A stretch of DNA of 63,739 bases. Source: Rhynchobatus australiae. Taxonomy: Eukaryota. Shown here in pieces: positions 50,820 through 63,739 of this stretch; the stretch's first letter is position 1; every line of letters starts with the position of its first letter. The notes under the pieces are model-generated. The model searched no databases, was not told the origin of the DNA, and saw only the letters and a list, made by a program, of their open reading frames with translations. Location: assembly GCA_034780895.1 (NCBI GenBank), contig JAUZTB010000076.1, positions 38,274,867 to 38,338,605 on the forward strand, written 5' to 3'. The position numbers were made by a program, and so were the translations under genes.

Positions 50820-51160
50820 CAGATGGATACAAAATTGGCTTGGTCAAAGAAAACAGGGTAAGGGACGAGGGGTATTATTCTGACTGGAGGCCTGTGACCA
50901 GTGATGTTTTGCAAGGATGGTGCTGGGACACCTGTTTGTGATCCAGGATTTGGTCAAAAATATATGTGGGCTGATTGGTAAGTTTGCAGGTGACACACAA
51001 ATTGGCAGAGTTGTGAATAGTGAGGAAGGTTGTCAAAGGATTCGGCAAGATGTAGACCAGTTAGAAATATGGGCAGAGAATATGGCAGATGGAGTTTCAG
51101 CTGGAGCATTGAGGTGTTGCACTTTGGGAGGTCAAATTTAGGAGGAAATTATACAGTCTA
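50820..51160 (+). mobile_element. CR1 RT fragment
   Basis: IGKFAGDTQIGRVVNSEEGCQRIRQDVDQLEIWA. Confidence 0.8.
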
Positions 51161-51529
51161 CATGGACTTCAGTAAACCATGGTTTATTATCTCATCATTA
51201 CTGCAGTATATCTTCAGAACAGCACTGGAATGTCAGACTAGATTAGCAGGTCATCTCTCCAGAGCGGAGCTTGAACCTTCAGCAAAAAGATATGGATGTA
51301 TAGCAAAAAAATTGCATGACCATGGGGAAAATGCAGTAAAGTGGGACTAATTATGCCATTTGATTCTGTGGTTTCAGGCAAAATTCCAGTCACACTTAAC
51401 ATTGTGCAATATTCATATGCAAATTGTCCAAACATCCTTTAGTAACATCACAGTAGCTTCAAGTAAATATGTCACTCTGCTTCAGTCAAACATCATTGAT
51501 TCGGGTGTTTTCTTTTAAATCCTCACTAA

Positions 51530-52800
51530 AAGATTGCCTGGATTGCAGTATATCCTGTGTACTGCTTCACACATCTTTAAAAATCCCACCCCCAGCCCCC
51601 TGTCATTTTAAAACCTATGCCTTCCAGTATTTGACATTTCCACCTGACTATTGACCCTATCTATGCCTCTTATAACTTTATATACTTCTATCAGGTTGCC
51701 CCTCAACCTCTGCTCCTGAGAAAACAATTCAGGCTTGTCCAACCTCCCCTAGTAGCTCATGCTCTCTAATCCAGTCAAAATCCAATACTCAATGTGACCT
51801 AACCAAAGGTTTTTTTTTGCAGCTGCAGCAAGGCATGCTAACTTTTCTACTCAGTGCCCTGACTGAAGGCAAGCATGATGTACACCACTTTTACCATCCT
51901 ATCTGCTTGTGTTGCCACTTTTCAGGGAGCTATGGACTTGCAGCCCAAGATCTCTCTATACTTCAATGCTCCCAAGGCTCTTGGGTGGCAAATTCATAGC
52001 TCCCCGAAAAGTGGCAACACAAGCAGATAGGATTTACTGTATACTTTCCTCTTGCATTTGACCTCCCAAAATCCATCCNNNNNNNNNNNNNNNNNNNNNN
52101 NNNNNNNNNNNNNNNNNNNNNNNNNNNNNNNNNNNNNNNNNNNNNNNNNNNNNNNNNNNNNNNNNNNNNNNNNNNNNNTAGGATTTACTGTATACTTTCC
52201 TCTTGCATTTGACCTCCCAAAATCCATCACCTTGCACTTGTCTGGATTAAACTTTATCTGCCACTTTCCCCACCTAAATTTCTGACTGATTTATATCCTG
52301 CTCTATCCTTGGAGCACCATCTTCACTATCTAAAACTCCACCAATTTTCATGTCATCTGCAAATTTACATCCAACCACCTACACTTTTGTCAAAATCATT
52401 TGTATGTTACAAAGAACATGGATCCAGCCTTGGTCCTTTAGAGAACACCACTGGCTACAGACCTCCCAGTCAGAAAAATACACCTCCACCACTACCCTCT
52501 GTATTCTATGACCAAGCCAATTTTGTATCCAACTTATTGTGGATCCTACGTGACTTAGTTTTCTGGACTAGACAACCACGAGGCACCTTGTTAACTGCTC
52601 TAAAGTTCATGTCCACTTCCCTACTTTCATCAGTCATCTTTGTCATCACCTCAAATAAGAAAAAGCAAAGAGATTTGAGAGTCATGACCTCCCCAACATA
52701 AAGCTATGCTGACTATCTGTATTATGTCCATGCCTTTCCAAATGTGAGGAATTCCTGTCCCTAAAAATCTTCAATAATTTCCCTACCACTAATGTAAGGC
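51530..52800 (-). mobile_element. CR1 3' portion containing a fold-back duplication
   Basis: Antisense CR1 landmarks: GAAGGCAAGCATG, CCTCCCAAAATCCATCACCTTGCACTTGTCTGGATTAAAC, GTCATCTGCAAA (FADD). Confidence 0.8.
51896..52033. repeat. Inverted repeat, about 55-bp arms and 28-nt loop
   Basis: 51896-51934 and 51995-52033 are reverse complements at 38/39 nt; inner arms 51935-51950 and 51979-51994 match 12/16. Confidence 0.9.
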
Positions 52801-52834
52801 TTTAAGTTTCTGGTTTNNNNNNNNNNNNNNNNNT

Positions 52835-53045
52835 TAAAGGAACAGTGAATTAATGGTTTTATAGGGAAGGTGGTAGAAGCAAATATGATGGTAATGTTTA
52901 AGAGGCATTTAGACACCTGAGCAAACAGGGAATTGAGCCATGTGGACCACATGCAGGCAGATGGGATCAGTTAGATCCGCATCATGGTCAGTGCAGATGC
53001 GGTGAGCTGAAGGGTCTGTTGCTGTGCTGTACTGTTCTGTGTTCC
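52835..53045 (+). mobile_element. CR1 3' terminus
   Basis: GTTTAAGAGGCATTTAGAC...GAGCTGAAGGGTCTGTTGCTGTGCTGTACTGTTCTGTGTTC, ending about 55 nt before the exon 8 acceptor. Confidence 0.75.
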
Positions 53046-53100
53046 ATCTAGACTACCCAAACCTGTTGTTTATTCTTACTGATCTGTCATTCCTTTGTAG

Positions 53101-53193
53101 GAGCTGGGAAAATATGGACTACTTTATTACAATGCCCTCTTCATGATTTTACCTTCTTTGGTCATTGCATATGTCACAGGAGATCTTCAGAAG
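53101..53193 (+). CDS. SLC35D1: SLC35D1 exon 8 (93 nt)
   Basis: TTGTAG| [31 protein letters not shown] |GTAAGC. Confidence 0.96.
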
Positions 53194-53572
53194 GTAAGCA
53201 CTTTATTGCATCATTTATGCTGTCTTTTTGCAGAATTCATTGTTTCACTTATCAGCAAGTCTTGTTATGTCCCTTCTACTGCACGTGTAAAAGTAGCTAT
53301 GGATTCCCATTAGTTTGTCCCCCACCTGCTGTGTATTCTTCCTCCTTTCCCCATTCTCCCCACGAGCCATCAACATCACTTTTTTTTATTGTTGTTCCCT
53401 ATGTGATAAAAGCAAGTACTTAAAAATTATGTACCTGTTGAGACACTCTTCAGTATATAAAAATTCCTGATACTGCTGTTAACAGTCTGCCATGTTAGGA
53501 ACTCCTACATGCAGTATTATGTTCCTCTGAGTACTAGTGTGTTAGAATTTTCAAGTTCTCAACAGACCTATT

Positions 53573-53623
53573 GTTTGTAAACTACAATGGCTCATTGGAA
53601 GCAAGCCATTGTAGTTTACAAAC
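53573..53623. repeat. Perfect 20-bp inverted repeat with 11-nt loop
   Basis: GTTTGTAAACTACAATGGCT - CATTGGAAGCA - AGCCATTGTAGTTTACAAAC. Confidence 0.95.
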
Positions 53624-55299
53624 TGGGGTATGACCCAAAAATATGATGACTGGCATTTTAATTTTGTCCACTTGAGCAAAAAGTGCTTGATGCTACAAAT
53701 TGCCCAAAATGAATAAGTATTGTTAGTTATCCAATGACTAGATGGAATGGCTTGGTCTATAAATCTACAAATTATTATCTGAAAGCAGTGGAAAAGGAAA
53801 CTAAACCATTGGAGCTAGCTAGAAGTGACCAAAATTATCTTTGGAGGTGGACCTCTCAGTCAGTACAAATCCTAATCATCTTCACCCCACCCTACTGCAA
53901 GATGGGCAGTTCTGTCTCATCTTACATGTACTGTCACAGCTTGTGAGCAATAACAGCTCGAGTCTAAATTTGCAGGTGGTGTTATTAATGTTGATGTATT
54001 TTGGGTCTGGTCAGCTTTCAAATATTTCTACTGAAGCAGCTCAACATGCTTTTGAACTCTATCCTGACATGAGTATGGATTTCTTACTGCTACAGAGAAA
54101 CCAAACTCAACAGGATTCTTTAGCAAATCTCACAAGACAATGTATCAATGGGCCTTAGTATTGTTTGTCAAGAGTGTTTGATTTTGCAGGATCTCTCTCA
54201 CTTCTAAATAATGTAACAAAGTTACAAAATTCTTGGTAACAAGGATTAAAACCATATGGCCAACTGCCTTGCTGTTTCACTACTTCTCCCAAGGCACAGA
54301 GTCAAACCTGAATATTTCCCCCTCACCAACCCTTGGCCCCAAACTTGTATCTTTCTCCAGATTTTCTCCTGCACTCTGATCCTTCTGCAAGCTTGTTCTA
54401 TGAAATGCAGCTCTTGCTCACTCCCTATTAACATTAGATCAGATTCCTAAGAGTCTAAGGTCTCAGAATTTGCTCTCCTAAATCTAGCTCCCTTGTTCCA
54501 GTGCCAGGCAGAATGATAGGGCAGCTTTTCATAGAACTTTGGCATCCAGGTAATAGGAGCAGCTTTGGGATTGTCAGTGCCAACAAGCTGTTTCATAAAT
54601 GACTGTCAACTAGAAGCTTGGTCTTAACATCTTTTGGTGTAAAAGTGGCCTTACAGACATGTAGAAAATTTTATAACCTTTCCATTGCTACAAGCTCTTC
54701 ACAGTAGTGGCTGCTGTATAGCATCTAACTTCCATTCCAACTTGTTTTCCTAGTACCTGTGTTAACTGACATTTGTTAACTGCTTTCTCCTGATATTGTC
54801 ACCAATGTCATCCCCTTTCAAATCTGCTATCATCACTTAGCTCAAAAAGACAATCTTTGTGTTAGTCTTTGTGGCTATATTTCCTTGAATCCCTCCAGTC
54901 GTGTCCTGAACCCTGTTGTAGTATTGCAAGGGCTCTGATCATAATTCACAAGTGACATCTGATTTGATTGTGATAGAAGTAATTTATCTTTCCTTTGACC
55001 ATCTGCAGCTCATGATACTGATTACACTCATTCTCCTCCTAATGATTTTTCACTGTCATCCAACTCGGATCTATATTAGCCAGCATTAACCATGCCATAT
55101 GAATTGCACACAGTGGCATGTTTTCTTGTACCTTCCACCTTCTCTGCCTCTGTATCTCTCCTATTTCTCATCTGCATATGGCCCTTGATGATAACATCTG
55201 AAAATAGTGTCAATGTTGTCATAAAATCTGCCAGTGAAAGTGGTGCTATTGTTCTGCAAACTGGCCTATTCTTTTACCTCAAGGCTGGTTAACAGCTAT

Positions 55300-55920
55300 C
55301 TGACACTGCATACCTCTTAATACACCATGACCCACCACTGAATATTAGGCCCATTGTGTCCCAGACAATCACTGACCTNNNNNNNNNNNNNNNNNNNNNN
55401 NNNNNNNNNNNNNNNNNNNNNNNNNNNNNNNNNNNNNNNNNNNNNNNNNNNNNNNNNNNNNNNNNNNNNNNNNNNNNNATGACTTCCTCTGGGTATCTTC
55501 CCTCCATTGCCTCCAGCGTTGTAGTTTTGAACACTCTTCAACCCCTCTCTAAGATCCGTAAGCAGGACTTCTGGTACACCCATTGTCCCAGCCTGTCCTT
55601 GTATCACAACTTGTTTCTTTCTATATTTTCTTTCTCTCCTTGTTCAGTTTCTTCCCACTTACATTCATATTGCCTCTTTTGCCCTCTGCCACTTTGGTAG
55701 TTTCCAAATACTTGCTCCCAACTAGCTTTTTCACAATTGCTCCTATAACTCCAACCCACACCAAGATGGCCTGAGGCCCCTCTACTTTGAATAGAGGTCC
55801 AAATAGTCCTGTCTTTAGCAGCACCCTCTTTCACCTGGCTAAAGTCATGCTTCCATCAAACAACTTCTCCAACTCCTCATTTTCACCAGATGAAAGATGT
55901 AGCTGCAGGAATAAATGCAA
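55300..55920 (+). mobile_element. Decayed Penelope RT fragment
   Basis: CATGACCCACCACTGAATATTAGGCCCATTG, TCTAAGATCCGTAAGCAGGAC, CACCAAGATGGCCTGAGGCCC; parallels the 29270-30350 copy. Confidence 0.65.
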
Positions 55921-57299
55921 GTCAGTTATCTTAACTATGCCTCCTACCCTACTTGCTGCAAGGACTTTCCCAGTTTCTCTAACTCTTGTTACATTTTAAA
56001 AAGAAATTTCCTCAATGCTTCCACAGTTATTCATTCCTAATCTCTATCTGGCTCCTGTTCGTGCAACACCAATTTTGAAGATGTGGATTTCCCTGAATTA
56101 TATTGATTAACCATTGATAAAGGTCTTTCACCTGTCTTGAGCCTAAAGCCCTAGATTTCCTCTCCCTGCCTTGCTGCTTTTCCCTCCAAAGTAATTTCTT
56201 AAAATTGATATTTGATCAAACATTTTGTCATCTGCACCAATATCTCTTCGTAGGATGGTATCACGTTTTGATGTTTTGAATTGTTTTGAGAAGTTCTGTT
56301 ACCTTAAGATGCTTTATAAATGCAAGAACTTGTATGTCAATTATGTCACTTTTTCTAGATGAATCTCTACTTTTTGAATTGGTGTTCTTGGGAAAACTAA
56401 AATGGGAGTCCCTAGGATTGTCAAGATTTTCCAGAAGTCCTCCATACAAACATTTTGAAGGCAATGCAATAAACTTGCCATGGAATTGTTATAGGTACAT
56501 AGAGCATGACATTTCCTTTTTAAAATAAGGACATCTCTCCATAGAAGGCTTGAAATGGTTGCAATTTAGAATGGATTGCACATTATCCATGATCAAATTG
56601 TATTTTTAAGTTTTAAAATGTTAGTGCTTTTCCCAGTATAACTAATTTCATTCCAGTCTTGTTACATATGGTGATAAATTCCAGATGTTAACATTACATT
56701 AATACATTGAATGAATAGACTTTTGACATTACTAGTTGAAGGAGCAAGGTGACTTTGCAGCTAATGTTAGTGTTGTGTTATAATTGCAGCTGAAGGAACG
56801 TGAGCCTAATGTAACTCTTGTTCACTTCTTGCTCCATTGAGAAAAGCAGCCAATGTATTAATTAAAAATAAAATAGAAATTCATATGACTGTACTAGGTG
56901 AAATTTTTGGTGCCAACTTTTTTTCATTTTATTTGAGCTTGTGCATGAGGACTACAGATAATATCAACATTTAAGGAAAGTGAGTGGGAAATAGATGGGA
57001 GAAGAATTTTCTGACCTTGACTGGCATCCAACAGCCACAACAAAGTTTGCATTTAGATGTTAACAAGGAAAGAAGTATGCTTGGACTTTCGAGGAACTAA
57101 TTGGTCACCTGGTGAAAAGAAAATAGTGTTGAGTTAGTAGGATCGGGGGTACAATGAGAGTAGTAAAATTAGATGTGGATTACATGGATTTTTAGTGAAC
57201 ATATGAATTAAGCTATCAAGCTTAGTGATAAGATCAGCTGATTTGATTGTTACCTCAATTCTGTGTTCCCACCTATCCACAATAACTTTCCTTCACTAC

Positions 57300-58230
57300 A
57301 CCACACCCCCTGCCCTGCTTAACAGGAATCTAGCTACCTCTCTTTGCCATAAAAATATTCATAGAATGCTTCCACCACCCTTTGAGGAGGAGAGCTTTAC
57401 TGAAAAGGTCATGAATATTTGGAACGATCTCCTCATATCTTTCTTAAATGAATGAACCCTTGTTAAACAATGGATTCCAGCTCTAGGTTCTGCTACAAGA
57501 GGGAACCACTGTCAAGATCCCTTGGAATCTTTTTATTTTGGTCAAATCCCATCTTAATTCACTAAATTGTAGCAGACACTAGTAGAGTCTGTTCCCTTTT
57601 CACATTTTAATTGAGTAAATCCCTGCAAATACTTCTAAATGTATCAATGTCCATCCTTAAATGAGGAGACCCACGCTGCACACAACACTCCAGATGATGA
57701 GTAGTAAGGGAGGCAGGAGGTCTTGTCATTGCCCTGTAAAATTGAAGCTGAATCTCTCTACTTTTGCATCCATTTCTACTTGCAATAAACAATATCATTC
57801 TATTTTCTTATCTTATTACTGGCTGTTCTGGGATACTAGGACAACTGGATCCCTCTGCATCTTGGAATTCTGTAGTCTTTCTTCATTTGGATAATGCTTT
57901 TTTTCATGTACAAAAATATGAAAGTGTCTATTTTTCCAATTTACTGATTTCCTGATCTTTGCCCACTTGCCTATATTGCTTCGTAGCTTTCTATTCACAC
58001 TTTGCTTTCCTACATACCTTTTGTGTCATCAGCAACAACATTTATGTAAATTGTAAAAGGTTGAGGCTGCAGTTTCAGTCCATTCAGCATGCCACTCATC
58101 ACATCGTAGAACCAGAAAAAGACCAGTTTATGGCCATTCTGTACTGTTAACCAGTCAACCTTCTGTCCATTCCAATGTTGCCTCCTATGCCATGAGCTTT
58201 AATTTTCAAATGTATCCTTTGATGTGGCAC
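57300..58230 (-). mobile_element. Decayed CR1 3' portion
   Basis: Minus-strand HLECCVQRGSPHLRMDI and FIASRNGCKSREIQLQFYRAM (CR1 LEYCVQFWSP region). Confidence 0.7.
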
Positions 58231-60054
58231 CCCATATAGGACTAGAATATTGGATATTTTAGATTTTGATACTTAACATGTATAATGCAAAAATTTTTGA
58301 TATGCTGTGTTGTGAAACGGCACTGAGCTTTTAGGAGTTTTATTTTACTTTTTGTGAATCATGAATCCTAGGAGAAGGAAGTGTAAAGAAATTTTCACTC
58401 AAATAATAACCATGTGAATTGGAGGGACTGGAATTTGCTCTTTAATTTTGTCTTTTGTTTCACTGAAATATAGTTGTGGAGTTCATAAAAATATTTAGCT
58501 GGATAGTATTTCAAATTGTATCTCTGCCTAAAAACTGTCTTAATATAGATGGGGTAATGTTTGGTGTGTGCATACTAGCTCATTTGTGAGAGGCCCCAGC
58601 TTATGACTGTTTTGGCAGGATAGAATAGTTGAATTCATTACACAGACATGATGTCTGCCCAGTTGGAGTTGGTTCAAGGACTGTGTACCTTTTTTAGAGG
58701 GGAAAAAAAAGTTCTTGGGAGATTGTGTAGAATAGAACTTCTGTTTTACTATCTCAAGGGGTGGTTTATTTGAGTGTGTTCCTAGCAGGTACTGTAACAA
58801 ATTCTAGGAAAAGGAGGAGGGAGGTTGGGGGTTGGGAAAGGAGAGTGAAGGCAAATTTTGTCTAAGGGCCATGATTTCAGATACACTTTTATTTGTAGCA
58901 TTACCGGTACAAGGCTGCATTACATTTTAAAGCAGGTTTTGGAGATAAAATTTGTTGCATAATGTATATTCAAAATCTTGGAGATTTACTATTAACTTGC
59001 CCAAGAAGTGTGGGTGAATAAAAAGTTCTTTCCCTAATGTATGATAACTAAATGATCGGAACCATAGGGGCTTGTATGATCAGCAAAAGATAAATGTTTA
59101 AGTCCCCTATACTCCTGTGCAGAAGTTGTTGCTCATTTAATGTCCATGTGCAGTAAAAACTATTAATTTATTTGCGATTATCGAATTAGCACAAGCTATG
59201 TCCAGCATGCTAAAACTGTTGGTTTGCTCTTTTAGCAAATTTCATCACATGCCTTTGTACTTCTACTGTTCCAACTGAGCCATGGAAACTATGCAGTCTT
59301 TGGTGAGAAATAAATTAGCTACTCTGGACCTGTACATTTGCAGCTTTTAAAATAGATTTGACAGGTATTTGGGAATATGCATGTTATTTTTTCTANNNNN
59401 NNNNNNNNNNNNNNNNNNNNNNNNNNNNNNNNNNNNNNNNNNNNNNNNNNNNNNNNNNNNNNNNNNNNNNNNNNNNNNNNNNNNNNNNNNNNNNNTAACA
59501 AAAATGTGGAATTACTGTAGCTTGATCATTTCAATTTTTTTTACAAGCCCTCAAATGCAGTGTTTAAGAGAATGTATAAACCCTTGAGTAATTTACTTCT
59601 AGATTTAAGGCTAAAGGCTTTCCTTGCTTTTCACTTTGTGCTGAAATTTAAACTGCTTGATTTTTTTAAAGTATTATTCAATAAGCTTTCTCTGCTTCAT
59701 GGGCCATTCTTGTGCCTATGATTTGGTTCCTTTCATACTGTTTATTGTCCTGAGTTTGTTTTTTCTCTTGAGACTACCAAAAACTTTCTGGGTTACTGTT
59801 CCACAGGTGGTAACATTTGCTCTCTAAGTTAACTTTTGTCACAATTCCTCTACACACTTGCTGGTATATGTCAGGCTATTTAAATGCAGGTGGCATTGTT
59901 CCTCAGTCTGTGCATGCTCTTATCCACTTTTTCTGTTGGTGTGCTGGGTAACCAAAACAAATAGCAACTCATAATCCAACTGTGTGGAGGTAATTCTTTA
60001 ATCCCAATACTTATCTAATTTTTAACTTGCTGGACAACCTGGTTGAGTTATAGG

Positions 60055-60370
60055 CAAAGGTGCTCTGGTTTCCTCCCATATCACAAAGACGTGCATTGGA
60101 AGGCTATTTGGCTACTATAGATTGAGCCTGGCGTGTAATTGAATGGTAGATTTATGGGTGAGTTCATGAGAATATGGAGAAAATAAAGTGGGAGTAGTGT
60201 AGGTAGGTGCTTGATGGATGGCATGGACAGTGGGCTGAAGGGTCTACTTCTGTGCTGCATGACTCTTCTGACAGTGAAAGGAGTGGACCACCTCTCGGTC
60301 ACCGTTGGCTCCATCTGTGGAAAAATCTGACAGTCCCACATTGGCCTCATTTGCCACCCCAGAACACTCA
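60055..60370 (+). mobile_element. V-SINE fragment followed by an RTE 3' scrap
   Basis: GGTGCTCTGGTTTCCTCCCATATCACAAAGACGTGC V-domain and CR1-type tail GGGCTGAAGGGTCTACTTCTGTGCTG, then CACATTGGCCTCATTTGCCACCCCAGAAC resembling 1962-1990. Confidence 0.7.
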
Positions 60371-61939
60371 AAACCTGGGGAATTTCCTATGAAGTATGTG
60401 TGATGCTGTTCCTGGCATACCCTGTGCTACAGCTTCTTCAAGCTGGCATCTTATTTTTAGCTATGCTTGGTGTTGCTTGTGACATGCCTTGCTGTGCTTG
60501 GTGAATTGTGGTTAATATCTGGCTTGATGATCGAATGAGAAATATGTCAGGCCATGAGATTAGATTGTAGTGAGGTAAATTTAATGCTACTAATGTTGGT
60601 CCATACCAACTCGTGGATGCCCAGATTTAAGCTGTCAGGTCCATCTGAGACTAACCCATTAACACAAATGCAGTGCTGCATAGCACAATGGGAGATGTCC
60701 TTGGTATGAAAATGGGATTTCTGTCTCTAAGCATTCGCATCACGTCTACTAATAGTGTTGTGGATGGATGCTACTGCCATTGTTGGATTGGTGAAGATGA
60801 AGTCAGTAGGTTTATTCCTCTAGGTCATTCACTGTAGTGGTGCCCCACTTTGGTCTCCCCTGCAGGGCATTGTTTCTTTATAGTGCACTTGGACTGGGGA
60901 AGAAAAAATTACTTAAACACTTTAAAATGAAATAAGTTACCAGCTAAAGAGTTGACCAGCTTGTGGAATCAGTCCACCCTGCTTGCTGAATGCTGCCATC
61001 TTGTTTACATTTTCTGGAACCAGTGAGACTACAGTACACGATTTGACTCTTGGCCATTGAGAATGTGGTATGAAAGTGCAAAAGTCATTGTTTCTCAGCT
61101 AATGAGAACTGAATAGCAACAAATTTTTGAAGTCTGTTGCAGATTGGGCTGTTTTTAATTGGGGACAAGAGGAAGAAGAGGTTTTACCCTTTAATCAGGT
61201 CTTTGTAATATTTGTCATCTCTTTATGTGCGCAATAAATAATGTCAAACACAGTGCAAACTATAAGGGATGTACATTTACAAAATTGTCAGCATTGACCC
61301 AAGTGGTGAAGTTAGAACTGAGAGGGGTGATTGAAAGGTGGTGAATTCTACAAAGAATTTACTAAGCTTAAGGGATGATGACCTGGGGAGGCTAGAGTGA
61401 TGGAAGAGTGAAGATAATCAAAATGCTCAAAGGTACAAGCTCTTCACATTGAACTAGTAATTGTAACTTGGCTAATTAGAATGTGGTATTATATTTTGTT
61501 TACCAATGGTTTATGTGCTGCAGCACTTGTATTTTGAAAGGATGGCCATTAATGTATATGAACACATGATGTCTAGGAAGAGGTCAGCAAGCAATGTAAA
61601 GAGAATTTTTGAAAACATCTACAGAAGTTTGCTGTATGAGAGGGAGAGATGGTTAACTCTTTCTCCTTCAAGAAGGAAGAGTTGTATCTGGCTCTTCATC
61701 CCCAGTAGGATGAGCAGTCACCTGGCTCATCCACTTGGCTGCAGTCTCTTCCATTTTGTCTCCTCTATTGCTGTGTTTGTTAAGTTGGTTTTGTCAGTTT
61801 ACATTGTATCTTGTGTCGAGTTTCATTGTTTAATGAATAGTATTGTAATACCCTAAATGTCAATTGGGTAGAAAAACAACACTCGAAGCAAAGCATTGCT
61901 GTATATAATAATATAATGACCCCTTAGTCTGTTAGCACT

Positions 61940-62380
61940 CTTGCTTCCAGGAATTTATCCAGAGAGCTAAGTGCACTGACCACAGACCCAGTGTGGCAGC
62001 CAAGTCCTTCAGGACTGGTGCCACAAAGCCACTCTTGGTGATGGGCATTAAAGTCTCCCACCCAGTGTACATTCTGTTCTCTTGCTACTGTCAGTGCTGC
62101 TTCCTAATGTTGCCCAGTACGAAGGAACACTGATTCGTCAGTGGATGATAAAGGGTAGGTATGTGGTAAGCAAGAGCAGGTTTCCTTGCCCATGTTTGAC
62201 TTGATCCCATGGAGTTGCTGTTGAGTAGCCCTTGGAATCATCCCTCCTGCCTGTGTACCACTGCATTGAAACATCTAGTGGTCTGTCCTGTCATTTGGAC
62301 AATGTGTATTGTGGGATTTTAATGATGTGTTGGGCACATTGTAAGTAAGGTATGATTCTGAGTACAACCATGTCATGTGG
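61940..62380 (-). mobile_element. CR1-like LINE endonuclease-region remnant
   Basis: CCACTCTTGGTGATGGGCATTAAAGTCTCCCACCCAG (minus strand WVGDFNAHHQEW) and GCAGGTTTCCTTGCCCATGTTTGAC. Confidence 0.65.
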
Positions 62381-62476
62381 CTCATTGTGCAGTAATTGAG
62401 ATGTATTTCACCTCTAAACTTCACTTTAAGAAAAGAAATTAAGTGAATTTAACAAGTATTTTGTTTTCTTTTCCAG

Positions 62477-62544
62477 GCAGTCAGTTTTGAAGGCTGGTCA
62501 AATGCGGTGTTTGTGTTGCAGTATCTGCTCTCCTGTGTAATGGG
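62477..62544 (+). CDS. SLC35D1: SLC35D1 exon 9 (68 nt); gene continues beyond window
   Basis: TTCCAG| AVSFEGWSNAVFVLQYLLSCVMG |GTAAGT; human [23 protein letters not shown]. Confidence 0.95.
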
Positions 62545-63739
62545 GTAAGTGTAATCTTGCACATAAACTCCTCTAAACTAATTGGCAGTTTTAGTACTGT
62601 ATAAAAATCAGTAATTAGATTACACTCTATTTCTCCCCCCACCAAGTGATTTCCAGTTACCTCTGCAGTGCCCTTATTATTATATACTGTATATTAAAAA
62701 AATTACATATGCTAACATTGGATGATGATGAGAACAAGCTCTGTTATGATGCCATTTATTATCTGATTCAATACCAAAGCATGTAGTTTAACTGAGTAGA
62801 TCAAGTATTTCTGTTTGGGTAAGTTTTTGGAGAGCAGTTGAATTTAACAATGGACATGAGCTCAAATGTGTTATTTAGCTTTTGTAAAACATGTAGATAG
62901 TAACTTTTTTAAACTATGACACTTTTTTAAAACGTGTGCTGTCCTGAAATAGAAACCAGCTTGACTTCCATTCCAGGCTAACACAGTGCACCTTAAGAAG
63001 CAGCCTTTTATCATAACTGAAAAGTTAAGTCCTGCTATCATTCTGGTGAATCTGTGCTGCAATCACTCTCGCCTTGTGTCCAAAACTGAACACTGAACTC
63101 GTGTGGGAATCTGATTAAGGCCACGTACAACTGAAATGCAGCCTCTTTCAGCCACGGTAGTACAGTGGTTAGCATAATGCTTCCATTGTGCTAATTTGTC
63201 TTTATTTTAAATAGCATATAGTAAACATAGTATATATAAAATAAAGTATCAGCATTTAAAGTGAGAAAGGTGTGATTGCATGTTTAAAAGCAGGGTGTAA
63301 ACGAAATTTTCTGATTGTCAAGGTGGCTAGAGGTGCATCCCAAAATCTGCACTGGCAGCTCCCATATAACCTATAAGTAAATAAAATGTAGAAAAAGGAA
63401 TTGTGTACAGTGGTTTGGGTCTACAAGAGTCACTTGGTTCTGGGTCTCATTACAGCCAAGCTCCAGAAGTGAGTTGAGTGACAGCACTTGACCTCAAGGG
63501 ACCATTTTATCAAGTATGATCTGCAGTAAAAAGACAGAGTTGGGTACAGTGGGGAAAACCACTGGAGGTGGAGCGGACATGATAAAAGATGGTTGTGGTT
63601 GATCAAAATCACAAATGTACAGCACAGAAAGAAGCCCTTTTGGCCCACTTCATCCATTGCCAACCATGATGCCTATCAACATTATTTCTATATGCTCACT
63701 TTGTACCTCTTTCCTATCCAAGTACCTGCCCAAAACATT

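Noticed and set aside
61506-61856. 116-aa plus-strand ORF in SLC35D1 intron 8
   Set aside because: No homology or exon boundaries; possibly old LTR-like debris but not supportable.

Overview
Eukaryotic, intron-rich, AT-rich vertebrate DNA from a gapped draft assembly. The repeat content (V-SINEs, Deu-domain SINEs, CR1, Rex/Babar, RTE, Penelope GIY-YIG elements) points to a cartilaginous fish, probably a batoid (inference). Three genes reproduce the order and orientation of the human 1p31.3 block. (1) Two minus-strand fibronectin-III exons of an IL23R-like cytokine receptor (5171-5340 and 2462 to at least 2584). (2) A plus-strand C1orf141/DUF4545-like gene with two solid exons (8621-8910, 10264-11479/11496) and weaker downstream candidates. 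(3) Coding exons 1-9 of SLC35D1 (31856-62544) starting from a CpG island; exons 10-12 lie beyond the window. The main unexplained structure is that the 5' exons of both head-to-head genes (IL23R and C1orf141-like) are not visible, although only about 3.3 kb and one 100-N gap separate them. In-frame minus-strand mini-exon candidates could supply an alternative IL23R 5' end. No rRNA, tRNA gene, CRISPR or prokaryotic system is supported. Most ORFs in the track are transposon debris, antisense shadows or N-gap artefacts. Homology calls are from recall of the families, not from database searches, and repeat boundaries are approximate.
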